64,000 nucleotides of DNA from Nannocystales bacterium (GTDB lineage: Bacteria > Myxococcota_A > Polyangia > Nannocystales > Nannocystaceae): assembly GCA_050633305.1 (NCBI GenBank), contig JBOEGF010000007.1, positions 64,001-128,000 of the forward strand. The letters run 5' to 3'. The notes below the pieces were generated by a model, which saw only the letters and a program-made list of their open reading frames with translations, had not been told where the DNA came from and ran no database searches. The first letter of the stretch is position 1, and each line of letters opens with the position of its first letter. This document shows, piece after piece, positions 10,058-19,533 of the stretch. A program made the translations under genes and the position numbers.

Positions 10058-11026
10058 TCAGCAGACCGTCACCTCGGGATTCATCGAGCAGTCGTAGTCG
10101 TCGCAGTCGACGAAGCCGTCAGCGTCGTTGTCGAGGCCGTCGACGCAGGCCGAGTTCGTGGACTCGGCGTTGGGTGAGGTCCCGTTGCAGACGGTGACCC
10201 CCGGGGACGAACAGTCGAAGTCGTCGCAGTCGATGAAGCCGTCAGCGTCGTTGTCGCCACCGTCCGAACATGCCGCGTCGGTGTTCTCGGCCCCGGGCAT
10301 CGGGGCTTCTGTGCACGCCGACACATCGCTGTTCATCGAACAGTCGAAGTCGTCACAGTCGGTGAACCCATTGCCATCATTGTCGATGCCGTCGCTGCAC
10401 AGGGCGTCGGTGTTCTCCACCATGCCTTCGCAGACCGTCACGTTTTCAGCCCGTGTGCAGCTGAAGTCGTCGCAGTCGGTGAAGCCGTTGCCGTCGTTGT
10501 CGATCCCATCGCTGCATGCGAGGTCGTCGTCCTCGGTCGGGATACACAGTCCGGCCTCAATGAACACCTCCCGGAGTTCGCGGCATAGTGTCTCGCCTTG
10601 GGGATCGGTTTGGTACTCGGCGGCCGAGGTGAGGCATTCCGTGGGTTGAGCCATCTGCATGCAGCACGATCGGAGCGCCTGACACTGGGCAGTGCCGTCG
10701 GAAGCGTCTGCTCCGGAGGCGCTTGCCGGATCAGCGTCGGTCCCGTCTCCTCCACAAAAACCGAGGTCTTGCGCGCCCGAGACCGCCGCAGCACAGCCCT
10801 GTGCGGCGGCGTCATGGTCGTCGAGTTCGAGGGCGGCGTCGTAGGACCGCTCGCAGGCCTCGGCGTCGGCGAGTTCGGAGCAGCACTCCAGCAAGTCGGT
10901 GCAGGCCGCAGGAACTTGCGTTCCGTCGGGGCCGCAACCGAGCGCAGCGACAACGAGTCCGAGGGCGAACGCGGCACGGATTCGAAGCAGGGCGAGCGAG
11001 GGGAGGGGACGGCAATGCAGAGTCAT
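10058..11026 (-). CDS. Cys/Asp-rich repeat lipoprotein
   Basis: Lipobox VVAALG-C; two C-x2-L-x2-CC-x7-C units and four CxDGxDNDxxGFxDCDDxxC repeats. Confidence 0.85.
   Translation of the reverse strand: MTLHCRPLPSLALLRIRAAFALGLVVAALGCGPDGTQVPAACTDLLECCSELADAEACERSYDAALELDDHDAAAQGCAAAVSGAQDLGFCGGDGTDADPASASGADASDGTAQCQALRSCCMQMAQPTECLTSAAEYQTDPQGETLCRELREVFIEAGLCIPTEDDDLACSDGIDNDGNGFTDCDDFSCTRAENVTVCEGMVENTDALCSDGIDNDGNGFTDCDDFDCSMNSDVSACTEAPMPGAENTDAACSDGGDNDADGFIDCDDFDCSSPGVTVCNGTSPNAESTNSACVDGLDNDADGFVDCDDYDCSMNPEVTVC
10061..10540 (-). repeat. Four intragenic repeats encoding C-[SV]-DG-x-DND-[GA]-[ND]-GF-x-DCDD-[FY]-[DS]-C (approximate bounds)
   Basis: Visible both in the translation and as recurring DNA blocks such as GTCGTCGCAGTCG and GTTGTCG. 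Confidence 0.9.
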
Positions 11027-11131
11027 GGTCCAGCCACCGCGAACGTATCCCCGCCGGTGGTGGGGGCGGTATTGGCAGGATGACGGATGCCGCGTTGTGC
11101 GAACGCACGACCGGGACGTCTCGCGCGTCTG

Positions 11132-12982
11132 TTACGGCGTTGGGGGCAGGGACAGCTCGAGCACCGCGTCGGCGCGCTCTGAGAACCCCTCAGGGTCCTT
11201 GATCGGGGGGGAGCACGCATTGGCGGTGCACAGGTAGACCGCGGGCACGCCGATATCCGGATAGCGCTCTCCGGGCAGCGAGCGCTCCACATGACCGCGA
11301 GGTTCCGGGTAGGCGAGCGCAGCGTGGTGGAGGGCATCGGTCGTTGGGTCCTCCGCGGGGCCGACGACGGTGATGTCGACGCTAGGCTGCGTCAGTTCCT
11401 CGAGCGCGAGGACATAGGTCCCGATGATGCGGCCTTCGTCCTCCCGCAGCGGGGCCACGGCTTGCACCGCGCCGCTCGCCGCTTCGAGATAGGGGGTCGC
11501 TCTTGTGCCATGCACGTTCAGCGCACGATGGAGTCGGAGCAGTCCGCGTGCTGCCAAGGCATTCTCCTCGAGGGGCATGCGTCGCTCGGCCAGGATGCCG
11601 ACCGCAGCGGGGTCCGGAGTGTGGGCAAAGAACCCGCCCGTGTCGGGGTCTCGCAATGCAGCGAGCATGGCATCGGCCACCGCGGTGGCTTCCCGCACCC
11701 AAGCGTCGTCTGCGGTGGCCCGGTGCAGCGCCATCAAGGCCCACAACATCGCGGCCTGGTCGCGCAGATAACGGAGACTCTGCTCGTCGTCGGCCCCGTG
11801 GCGGAACAAGCCGCCCTCGTCCTGGTGTGTTTCGAGCAACCGGCGGGTGGTGGCCACCGCGTCGGCGAGGGCCTCGGGGTTGTTTGCGGCGATCGAGAAC
11901 TCCACGAGCCCGCGAACCATCAGGCCGTTGAGGTCGGCGTAGACGTTCGTGTCGATCCGAGGTGTTCCCAGCGCCCGGCGCTTGTCGTCGGGCATGGCGT
12001 AGTACTCGATCCCCGGCACCGCGTCGCCGTGACCGGGCCGATAGTCCGCATCCTGGCTGGTCGCGTAGCCGCCCGCGGGCGAACGCATGAACGTGTTCAT
12101 GTAGCCGCGGACTTGTTGCGCGGCATCGAGCCAGCGCGGGTCGGAGGTCACGCGGGCTCCGATGGAAAACGAAGCCAGCGCGCCCGCCTGAATCGCCGTG
12201 ATCTTCTCGTAGTGTGGGTGGTCCCAGTCGCCCCGGAGCGAGTACTGGTACATCCCGCCCCAGATCGGGTCGAGCAGCCGAGCCTGCCCGGTGAGGGTCT
12301 GGTTGGCGCGGGAGCGCCACACGGTCTCCGAGTGCAACCGATCGCGCCACAGTGCGTGTTCGAGGGGCTCGGAGAACGGATACTTCTGCTTCTGTCCCCA
12401 GCCGCCCTGGGTGGCCTCGTAGTACCGGTCGAGCTGGGCGACTGCGTCGACCCTCAGCGCTTCGAGATCGGCGGAAGCGGTGGCAACGGGCGTGGCTCGG
12501 GGTCGTGAACGGCGGCGTAGACGGCCCGCGTCGCGCTCGGCCACCAACTCGCGAAGCATGGAGGCAAACGCTTCCGGCTTCTGGAAACCGCGCAGCTCGA
12601 GGACCGGTTGGGCGGTCGGCGTCAGCACGGCCGTCGCGGGCCATCCCCAGGCTCGGTAGCGCTCCGCGATGTCCGGTCGCGCGTCCGAGTCCACCCGGAG
12701 TGTCACGAAGTGCTCGCGCAGGAGCGTTGCGACCTCGGGGTCGGCGTAGGTCTCCTCGTCCATGACATGGCACCAGTGACACCACGACGCGACGACGTTG
12801 ATCAGGATGATGCGCTCCTCGGCCTGGGCGCGCTCGAACGCCTCGGCGCTCCACGCAGTCCACTGCGTCGGTACGCGGTCAGCAGCCGCCGAAGGTGGGC
12901 TCGGGACCGGCGTGTTGGCCGTGGCGGCGCATCCGCCGAGCATCGCCGCCAAGGCGAGTGTCCTCCATCGAGCGGGTCCCAT
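11132..12982 (-). CDS. DUF255/YyaL-type thioredoxin-domain protein (thioredoxin + alpha/alpha toroid), lipoprotein
   Basis: Lipobox AMLGG-C; WCHWCHVMD, VDSDARPD, GWP, GGMYQY and HYEK motifs. Confidence 0.88.
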   Translation of the reverse strand: MGPARWRTLALAAMLGGCAATANTPVPSPPSAAADRVPTQWTAWSAEAFERAQAEERIILINVVASWCHWCHVMDEETYADPEVATLLREHFVTLRVDSDARPDIAERYRAWGWPATAVLTPTAQPVLELRGFQKPEAFASMLRELVAERDAGRLRRRSRPRATPVATASADLEALRVDAVAQLDRYYEATQGGWGQKQKYPFSEPLEHALWRDRLHSETVWRSRANQTLTGQARLLDPIWGGMYQYSLRGDWDHPHYEKITAIQAGALASFSIGARVTSDPRWLDAAQQVRGYMNTFMRSPAGGYATSQDADYRPGHGDAVPGIEYYAMPDDKRRALGTPRIDTNVYADLNGLMVRGLVEFSIAANNPEALADAVATTRRLLETHQDEGGLFRHGADDEQSLRYLRDQAAMLWALMALHRATADDAWVREATAVADAMLAALRDPDTGGFFAHTPDPAAVGILAERRMPLEENALAARGLLRLHRALNVHGTRATPYLEAASGAVQAVAPLREDEGRIIGTYVLALEELTQPSVDITVVGPAEDPTTDALHHAALAYPEPRGHVERSLPGERYPDIGVPAVYLCTANACSPPIKDPEGFSERADAVLELSLPPTP

Positions 12983-13087
12983 GTGCCAAGGATACGGGGC
13001 ACTGACGCGATTGGATCGACTTCACAGCGGTCGGGGCTGTGGTGTTTCGTGCGCTCGCGCGGCTGCGCAGGTACCTTCGGCACGCAC

Positions 13088-13369
13088 ATGACCTGGGTGT
13101 TTCAGCTCGGCCTGGCCCTGTATGCGGTCAATCTCCTCGTGGGACTGGCCGCTCGCTTTGCGGGGGCCCGTTTTGGGCTGTGGCACCATGTGCTGTACGC
13201 GCTGGTTTTCGCGTCGGCGATCGCGGCTGCGATCTGGGCGTTTCACCCCGGGCTGCTGCTTACGCTCGTCGCACTCGCGGCGATCCCATGGCTTCCCACC
13301 CGGTCCGGTTGGCACCCCGCCCTCGCCACCTTTGGGTTCGCCGGCTACCTCGCTGCCGCCGCCCTTTGA
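13088..13369 (+). CDS. Small hydrophobic membrane protein (93 aa), first gene of the type III PKS operon
   Basis: ATG 13088 is in frame with ORF 12608-13369; several TM-like stretches with WHH and WH motifs; ends 6 nt before the nitroreductase. Confidence 0.7.
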   Translation: MTWVFQLGLALYAVNLLVGLAARFAGARFGLWHHVLYALVFASAIAAAIWAFHPGLLLTLVALAAIPWLPTRSGWHPALATFGFAGYLAAAAL

Positions 13370-13375
13370 GCTCCT

Positions 13376-14173
13376 ATGGAATTTCGTGACGTCATCCTGC
13401 GCCGCCGAACCACCAACGGGCCCTTCGAGCCCACGCCGGTGACGCTCGAACATCAGCATCGGCTGATGGAGGCGGCGAGCCGCGCTCCGAGTCACTTCAA
13501 CTCGCAGCCGTGGCGTTTCGTCTTGATCACCGACCCGACCCTGCGCGGCACCATCTCCGAGATTGCGGGGCGCACGATGGGCGACCTCATGGGAGGCGGG
13601 CGATTCTTCACGCGCTACAAGAAGTACTTCCGGTTCTCGAAATCGGAAATGGACGAAAAGCGGGACGGCATCTTCATCGACCAGCTTCCCGGTCCGCTCA
13701 AGCCGTTCATCAAGCAGGTCTTCACGCCACTGGGCGCAAAGTTGATGAACAAGCTTGGGGTGGCCAAGACCCTTGGCAAGGACAACGCCAAGCTCGTGGC
13801 CGGCTCTCCTTTGCTACTTGCGGCGATGCTCACCAAGGAGGAGTACAAGAAGGAAGAACTCAGCGGGTTCTACAGCCTGCTGGGGCTCGGCATGGCGATC
13901 GAGAACATCTGGCTGACCACGGTGGACTTGGGGATGGGCATTCAGTTCGTATCGACTCCGATGGAGTTCCCCGAGGCTTGGGCTGAGATCGGGGACCTGC
14001 TTCACGTGCCCGACGACCTCGAGCTGATCGCCGTCTATCGCCTCGGCTACGTCAAGGAGGACGCCAAGCGACCGTCGATCGACTGGACCAGCCGACACCG
14101 CAAGCGGTTGGACCAGTATGTGTTCCGCGACACGTGCCGCACGCCCGAACCAGACCCCGAGGCTTCCGAGTGA
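13376..14173 (+). CDS. Nitroreductase-superfamily flavoprotein
   Basis: [19 protein letters not shown] and GMAIENIWL...LGMG motifs. Confidence 0.92.
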   Translation: MEFRDVILRRRTTNGPFEPTPVTLEHQHRLMEAASRAPSHFNSQPWRFVLITDPTLRGTISEIAGRTMGDLMGGGRFFTRYKKYFRFSKSEMDEKRDGIFIDQLPGPLKPFIKQVFTPLGAKLMNKLGVAKTLGKDNAKLVAGSPLLLAAMLTKEEYKKEELSGFYSLLGLGMAIENIWLTTVDLGMGIQFVSTPMEFPEAWAEIGDLLHVPDDLELIAVYRLGYVKEDAKRPSIDWTSRHRKRLDQYVFRDTCRTPEPDPEASE

Positions 14174-15216
14174 GTGCTCGGGTACTCTCGGTGGGGACCG
14201 CGTGCCCGTCCCATACCGTGACGCAGGAGGAGTCCAAGGCGTTTGCGGCCAACTTCTTCGCAGGGAGTTTGCCCGCACTCGCTCGGCTGTTGCCTGCGTT
14301 TGACAACACGCGCATCGAGCAGCGGCACCTCGTGCGACCCGTGTCCTGGTACGCGCAACCCCACACGTTTGCGGAGAAAAATGCCGTCTACTGCGAGGCT
14401 GCGCTCGAACTCTCCACACGGGCCGCCGAGAAGGCGTTGGACCGGGCCTGCGTTGCGCCGGGTGATGTGGACTCGGTCGTGTTTGTCTCGAGCACGGGCA
14501 TTCGGACGCCTTCCCTCGATGGCGCCCTGATCGAGCGGCTCGGCTTGCCCAGGTCCGCGGTTCGATTGCCCGTGTGGGGCCTGGGATGCGCGGGCGGAGC
14601 CGCCGGTGTGGCTCGGGCGGCCGACCTCGTCGTCGCCCGCCGCAAGCCGGTGTTGCTGGTCGCGACGGAAGTCTGCTCCGCCACGTTCGTCCACGGCGAC
14701 CGCACTCGCGCGAACCTGATCGCAACCGCGTTGTTCGGTGATGGGGCCGCGGCTGCTGTCTTGGGCCCACAGGAGGGCGGGCTTCAAGTTACGGGCAGTG
14801 TGTCGCGTCTGCTCGAAGACTCCGAAGACGTGATGGGGTGGAGCGTGGTGAACGAGGGTCTGCGCGTCCGCTTCGCGCGGAGCATTCCGGGGATCGTACG
14901 CGCCGTCGTGCCGCAGCTTCGCGAGCAGGCCGCGAGCACGGTGGGGTTGGGGCCCGAGGCATTCCATCGCTTCGTCCTGCACCCCGGGGGGGCGAAGGTG
15001 CTGGAGGCCTACGAAGAGGCGCTCTGCGTGGATACGCACGCGCTTCACGACGCGTACGACGTCCTGCGCACCTGCGGGAACATGTCCTCCCCGACGGTGC
15101 TCTTCGTCCTCGAGCGTCTCCTTCACAACCTTCCGAACACCGCGGGGACCGGCCTCATGTTGGGACTCGGTCCCGGATTCTCTGCGGAGGGCGTGGTGCT
15201 GCAGTGGACTCCGTAG
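14170..15216 (+). CDS. Type III polyketide synthase (BpsA/SrsA-like)
   Basis: Catalytic triad in GLGCAGG, LHPGG and [14 protein letters not shown] and GPG motifs; GTGA overlap with the upstream stop. Confidence 0.95.
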   Translation: MSARVLSVGTACPSHTVTQEESKAFAANFFAGSLPALARLLPAFDNTRIEQRHLVRPVSWYAQPHTFAEKNAVYCEAALELSTRAAEKALDRACVAPGDVDSVVFVSSTGIRTPSLDGALIERLGLPRSAVRLPVWGLGCAGGAAGVARAADLVVARRKPVLLVATEVCSATFVHGDRTRANLIATALFGDGAAAAVLGPQEGGLQVTGSVSRLLEDSEDVMGWSVVNEGLRVRFARSIPGIVRAVVPQLREQAASTVGLGPEAFHRFVLHPGGAKVLEAYEEALCVDTHALHDAYDVLRTCGNMSSPTVLFVLERLLHNLPNTAGTGLMLGLGPGFSAEGVVLQWTP

Positions 15217-15752
15217 AGGTCCTCCTTCTCGTGTTGCTTGCGGTGTTGCTCGTGCAACGCATGCTCGAGCTACGGGTCGCGAAGCGAAACGAGGCGTGGG
15301 CGCGGGACCAGGGAGCGACGGAGTTTGGCGCTGGCCACTACCCGTTGTTTTTCGTGCTGCACGGCGGGTGGATGGTGGGCTGGCTCATGGAGGGCTGGAG
15401 CTCAGCGACGCTCCCTGAGCTGTGGTGGGCGTGGGTGGGGGTCTTCGGCCTGGCACAGGGCCTCCGGTATTGGGCCATCGGGACCTTGGGTCGGAGGTGG
15501 AACACGCGGGTGTTGGTGCTCGCCGGGCGCGCACCGATCGCTCGCGGTCCCTACAGGTTCTTGCCACACCCCAACTACCTCGCGGTCGCGCTCGAGTTGG
15601 CTGCAGTTCCGCTGGCCGTCGGGGCATCTTGGACGGCCGTCGTAGCCACGTTTCTCAATGCGGCCCTGTTGCTTGGGATCCGGATCCCGTGTGAGGTGCG
15701 GGCGCTTCGCTGGGCCACCGAGGCCACACCAGCAGCGCCGGAAGAAGCGTGA
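15204..15752 (+). CDS. Isoprenylcysteine carboxyl methyltransferase family protein (BpsB/SrsB-like O-methyltransferase)
   Basis: ELRVAKRNE, EFGAGHY, LGRRWNTRV and GPYRFLPHPNY motifs; GTG 15204 overlaps the PKS end. Confidence 0.92.
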   Translation: MDSVEVLLLVLLAVLLVQRMLELRVAKRNEAWARDQGATEFGAGHYPLFFVLHGGWMVGWLMEGWSSATLPELWWAWVGVFGLAQGLRYWAIGTLGRRWNTRVLVLAGRAPIARGPYRFLPHPNYLAVALELAAVPLAVGASWTAVVATFLNAALLLGIRIPCEVRALRWATEATPAAPEEA

Positions 15753-17847
15753 CGTCGGCGAGCAGGGCCAGCGCGATCACGGTGCTCCCCAAGCTGCCCA
15801 GAACGGCCAACGGAGGGAAGGCGCTGAGGGTGTTCACGGCGAGTCCGGTGGTCAGCACCGCAGAGGTCACGGCGATCGCCAGGCCCCGGGTCGCGACCGC
15901 ATGTGTTGCCGCGGCTGCAGGGTCGGCGCCTGCGGAGCGAGCTCGAACGAAGCCGGCCAAGATATGCAGCGTGTCGTCGACCGCGATGCCAAGGGCGACG
16001 GTGAGAATGACGGCCCCGATCGGGTCGAGCTCCAACGCGGCGAGACCGACCAGTGCGTAGCCGAGCAGGAGTGGCAGAATGTTGGGCAAGAGGCTACGCA
16101 GCGCGAGGCCTGCCGAACGCAGAAGGCCGCCGATCAGGATCACCACCACGAGCAAGACACCCCCGAGGCTGACGCGCAACGCGTCGGTGATGCGGTTGAC
16201 CCCGCGGTACGCGACCGATGCCGTCCCGGTGGTGCGTGCGTCCAGGCCAAGCTCGAGCAGCGCAGCGTCGGCATCTTCCTCGAGTCGCGCGAAGGCTCGC
16301 CCGCCCAGATCCGGGACGTGGACGACCAGGCGTGCCCACCGATCGAGGGTATCCGGCGGTCGGACCGCTCGAACATTGGGCAGGGCGCTGAGCGCACGAT
16401 GGGCCGTGGAGAGTTCGGGAGCATTCGCGGACCACGGGGTCGCGGACTCGAGTTCGACTTCGAGGGTGAGCGTTCCTCCCAGTTCGTCGTCGAGGAGGTC
16501 GGCCGCCTCGCGCACCGGGTGGTCCCCTCGCAACAACGCGCCAAGGTGGTTGTCGACCACGACGCTCCGTGCCGCGGGGATGCTCCCGAGGCTGAGGCCC
16601 AGCGCGACGGCGAGCACCCAGGTTGGCCGCCGGGTGCAGGCCTGGGCGAGGCGGCGCAGACGAGCGGAACCCTCAGGATCACCCGCTCCGACATCGACAT
16701 GGGAAAGCACCACCGGGAGGAGGGTCAGGACGACCGCGTAGCTTCCCGCAACCCCGAGCGCTGCCCACAGGCCGAAGGCCCGCAGAAGCGGCAGTTCGGC
16801 GACGAGCATGGAGGCGAAGCCGACCGCGGTGGTGACGGTGGTCAGCAGGCACGCAAACCCGACGTCGTCAAAGGCCTCCTCCAGGACGGCTCGACTCGTG
16901 GCGGGCAGGTTCAGCGCGGATGCGACCGCGCGCACACGAAACACGACGTGCACGGTGTCGGCGACCGCGATGATCGGAAGCAGCGTGAACAGGGCCTGGG
17001 TCAGGAGCCCGACGGGCGAGTCGGTGGCGCCCATCAGCCCGGCGAGGAGCAGGGGCGGAATGCCAGCGCCCACGGCTGCGACCCACGCGACCTGGGCCCT
17101 TCGGGTTGCGAGCCACAGCCCCGCGACCGCGATCAGCAGCGCGAGTGGGCCGAGGCGGGACTGGTCCTGGACGGTGAGCTCGAAGAACGCCGCTCGAATC
17201 GCAGGCACGCCGGCCAGCTCCAACGTGACGCCATCGTGCGGGGCCCGGAGGGCTTCTCGGACCTGGCCGACCACGTCCACAGCTGCGGCCAAGTCGTCGG
17301 TGCTGTCGTGGAGGGTGACCGAGACGACCGCGTTGCGATGATCACGGCTCAGCAGGAGCGGCACCGCATCACTGGCATCGAGCGCGAGCCGAGCCAGGGC
17401 GCGCTCCGGCTCGTCGGCGTCGTCCCAGCGTTGCGCGAATCCTTCGTGTGAACCGGGGGAGTGAAGCGAAGCGAGGGACGTGGTCGAGGCGACGGCGTCG
17501 GTTGCCAACAGCTGCTCCTCGATGTCAGAGAGCGTGGCCAGGCCGGGTGAGGTGAGCAGGTCGGCCTGCGAGCGTACGACCACGGCGAGCGTGCGGTCAT
17601 CGGGGCCCCAACGGTCGGTGAACGCCTCGAGTTCCGACACCGGTTCGGCATCGTCGCCGTAGAACGCCGTCGACGAGAAATCGACCCGGAGTTGAAGGAT
17701 GCCCAGCGCTGCGGTGGCGACGACGCATGCCCACACAACCCCCGCGACGCGCGGGTGTTGGAGCACAGTTCGGACGACCCGCGAGATCACATCGCGATGG
17801 TAGAGCGCATCCATTCTCGACGCCATGCGGCGCCGAGATGGATGCAA
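15655..17847 (-). CDS. MMPL/RND-family transporter (start uncertain; ATG 17826 likely)
   Basis: Two repeats of TM + periplasmic loop + multiple TMs; IAVADTVH, LGIAVDDTLH and LLTTVTTAVGF motifs. Confidence 0.9.
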   Translation of the reverse strand: MHPSRRRMASRMDALYHRDVISRVVRTVLQHPRVAGVVWACVVATAALGILQLRVDFSSTAFYGDDAEPVSELEAFTDRWGPDDRTLAVVVRSQADLLTSPGLATLSDIEEQLLATDAVASTTSLASLHSPGSHEGFAQRWDDADEPERALARLALDASDAVPLLLSRDHRNAVVSVTLHDSTDDLAAAVDVVGQVREALRAPHDGVTLELAGVPAIRAAFFELTVQDQSRLGPLALLIAVAGLWLATRRAQVAWVAAVGAGIPPLLLAGLMGATDSPVGLLTQALFTLLPIIAVADTVHVVFRVRAVASALNLPATSRAVLEEAFDDVGFACLLTTVTTAVGFASMLVAELPLLRAFGLWAALGVAGSYAVVLTLLPVVLSHVDVGAGDPEGSARLRRLAQACTRRPTWVLAVALGLSLGSIPAARSVVVDNHLGALLRGDHPVREAADLLDDELGGTLTLEVELESATPWSANAPELSTAHRALSALPNVRAVRPPDTLDRWARLVVHVPDLGGRAFARLEEDADAALLELGLDARTTGTASVAYRGVNRITDALRVSLGGVLLVVVILIGGLLRSAGLALRSLLPNILPLLLGYALVGLAALELDPIGAVILTVALGIAVDDTLHILAGFVRARSAGADPAAAATHAVATRGLAIAVTSAVLTTGLAVNTLSAFPPLAVLGSLGSTVIALALLADVTLLPALLVWPRWPSEAPAPHTGSGSQATGPH

Positions 17848-17880
17848 GGGGACTTGATTGTGAGTCTGGTGAGGTCCGGG

Positions 17881-18819
17881 CTAGACGATCTCGATCTCGT
17901 GCGTGATCGGTTTCCCCTTTCGCGACAGGGTGACATGCACGTTGGAGGCGCTGCGCAGCAGCGGAAGCAGAGCCAGGGCGTCGTCGATCGAGTCCAGCGG
18001 TTTTCCCCCAACCTCGGTCAGGACGTCGCCGTTCCGTAGCCCAAGCTCGTGGGCGAGCGTGCCCCGCCGGACTCCGGCGAGCTTGAAGCCGCCGCTCGAG
18101 GGAAAGGCCCGAAGGCCCCCGAGTTTGCTCGGATTGGACAAGACCTCCTGGATGACCGAGCGCTCGATGGTGCAGTGAGAGCCGGCGTCACACTTGACCC
18201 GGCCGGCGAGGGCCGAGGGGGGGTTGGAGCTGCTCGCGCCTGTTGGTTTTCGAGGTCGGGCCTTGGGGGGGGCCGGTGCCTCGGCCGGAGCGCCGACCTG
18301 CAGGACTCCGGTCGCGGCTCCCCTGGCATACGTGATGTGTCCAGGACCGATCGCCGCCAAGACGACTCCCGGCCCCAGCGCGTCGCCAAGCCCTGCGGCC
18401 CAAGTTCCGCGCAGTGGGTCGTAGACAGTGGCCAACGAGTGCTCCGGGTTGGTCGACTCCATCGTGGCGAGGATCTGCACGGCGGGCGGTGTTGTCGTCG
18501 CAAGTGCGGCAGGTGGAGGCGCACCCGGCGTGGTCTCTGTAGGAGGCGGCGGGCAGTCGTCGCAGAACGGGTTGTGCCCGAGAATCGTCGTGACCGCCGC
18601 CTCTCGGGCCCGTCTCCGCCGCTGTAGCTCGCCGTCCTCGTGGTCGGCGACGCTGGGGCTCTCCTCGTCCTCTTCGGCCAGCGCCCGGGCGGCGAGAGGG
18701 TTCGCGGGCTCAACCTGGTACAGGGCGCCGGTCCCTGCCGCAGTTGCGGTTGCGGACGCAAACAACCCAAGTGCGAGGGCGACTCCGCCAAGTCGGGCCA
18801 ACAACATCCACGTTCGCAT
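17881..18819 (-). CDS. GspC-like protein with C-terminal PDZ domain
   Basis: N-terminal TM, ILGHNPF, SLATV segment and PDZ GFKL...LGLRNGDVLTEVGG; no other T2SS genes nearby. Confidence 0.75.
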   Translation of the reverse strand: MRTWMLLARLGGVALALGLFASATATAAGTGALYQVEPANPLAARALAEEDEESPSVADHEDGELQRRRRAREAAVTTILGHNPFCDDCPPPPTETTPGAPPPAALATTTPPAVQILATMESTNPEHSLATVYDPLRGTWAAGLGDALGPGVVLAAIGPGHITYARGAATGVLQVGAPAEAPAPPKARPRKPTGASSSNPPSALAGRVKCDAGSHCTIERSVIQEVLSNPSKLGGLRAFPSSGGFKLAGVRRGTLAHELGLRNGDVLTEVGGKPLDSIDDALALLPLLRSASNVHVTLSRKGKPITHEIEIV

Positions 18820-19049
18820 GGTCCGGTACCAGTGCACGGGTGGACCCAAGCGCGGTCTCAATGTGATCCTGCAGACTTGGCGTCTCGATGCCGGTCGGTC
18901 CCCGACAGCCTGTCTCGTCGTCTCGAGGCCTGTGCCGATTCGTCACCCGTGTTGAATCGCGAGGGCGGCCTTCCGCCATAGGAAGGTGTCTGGTGGTGGC
19001 AGTCGCCCTCGACGTTGGACTTCGGCGGTCGACTGCTAGGGTCTGGGCG

Positions 19050-19493
19050 ATGGAGTTCGTGCACGCGAGCGTCTTTGAAGCGTCTGTCGAGGCCCTGTTC
19101 GCGTTTCACGAACGCGCGGACGTCTTCGAGTTGCTGATGCCGCCGTGGGAGCCGGTGCGCAACGTGCAGCCGGCGCCCTCTCTCGAAGTGGGGGCGGTGG
19201 CGCGGCTCGAGCAACGACTCGGTCCGATCTGGATCGAGGTCGTCGCGGAGCATGTTGCCTACGAGAAAAACGCGCTGTTCGTGGATGAGATGCGCAAGGG
19301 CCCGTTCGCATTGTGGCGGCATGAGCACCGCTTTGAACGCCACCGCGACGGCTCGCGGTTGGTCGACGCGATCACCTACGCCCCACCGCTGGGGGTTCTG
19401 GGTCGCATGGCGGCGCCATGGGTCGTGGTCCCACGGCTGCGGAAGATGTTCGAACACCGCCACCGCGTGACTGCAAACGCTCTCGCGTCCTAG
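19050..19493 (+). CDS. SRPBCC (START/polyketide-cyclase-like) family protein
   Basis: LFAFHE...LMPPW, FVDEMRKGPFALWRHEHRF and MFEHRH motifs. Confidence 0.88.
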   Translation: MEFVHASVFEASVEALFAFHERADVFELLMPPWEPVRNVQPAPSLEVGAVARLEQRLGPIWIEVVAEHVAYEKNALFVDEMRKGPFALWRHEHRFERHRDGSRLVDAITYAPPLGVLGRMAAPWVVVPRLRKMFEHRHRVTANALAS

Positions 19494-19533
19494 AACGCTT
19501 GCGGATCGGACGCGCGCGGGCCATACCCGACCC

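Noticed and set aside
10061..10540. Regularly spaced DNA repeats that could suggest a CRISPR-like array
   Set aside because: The repeats are in-frame protein repeats that vary at synonymous positions; no cas genes or leader are present.
15658..17451. 597-aa plus-strand ORF and similar Arg/Gly-rich long ORFs throughout the window
   Set aside because: They overlap well-supported genes in other frames and have the low-complexity composition of GC-rich shadow frames.
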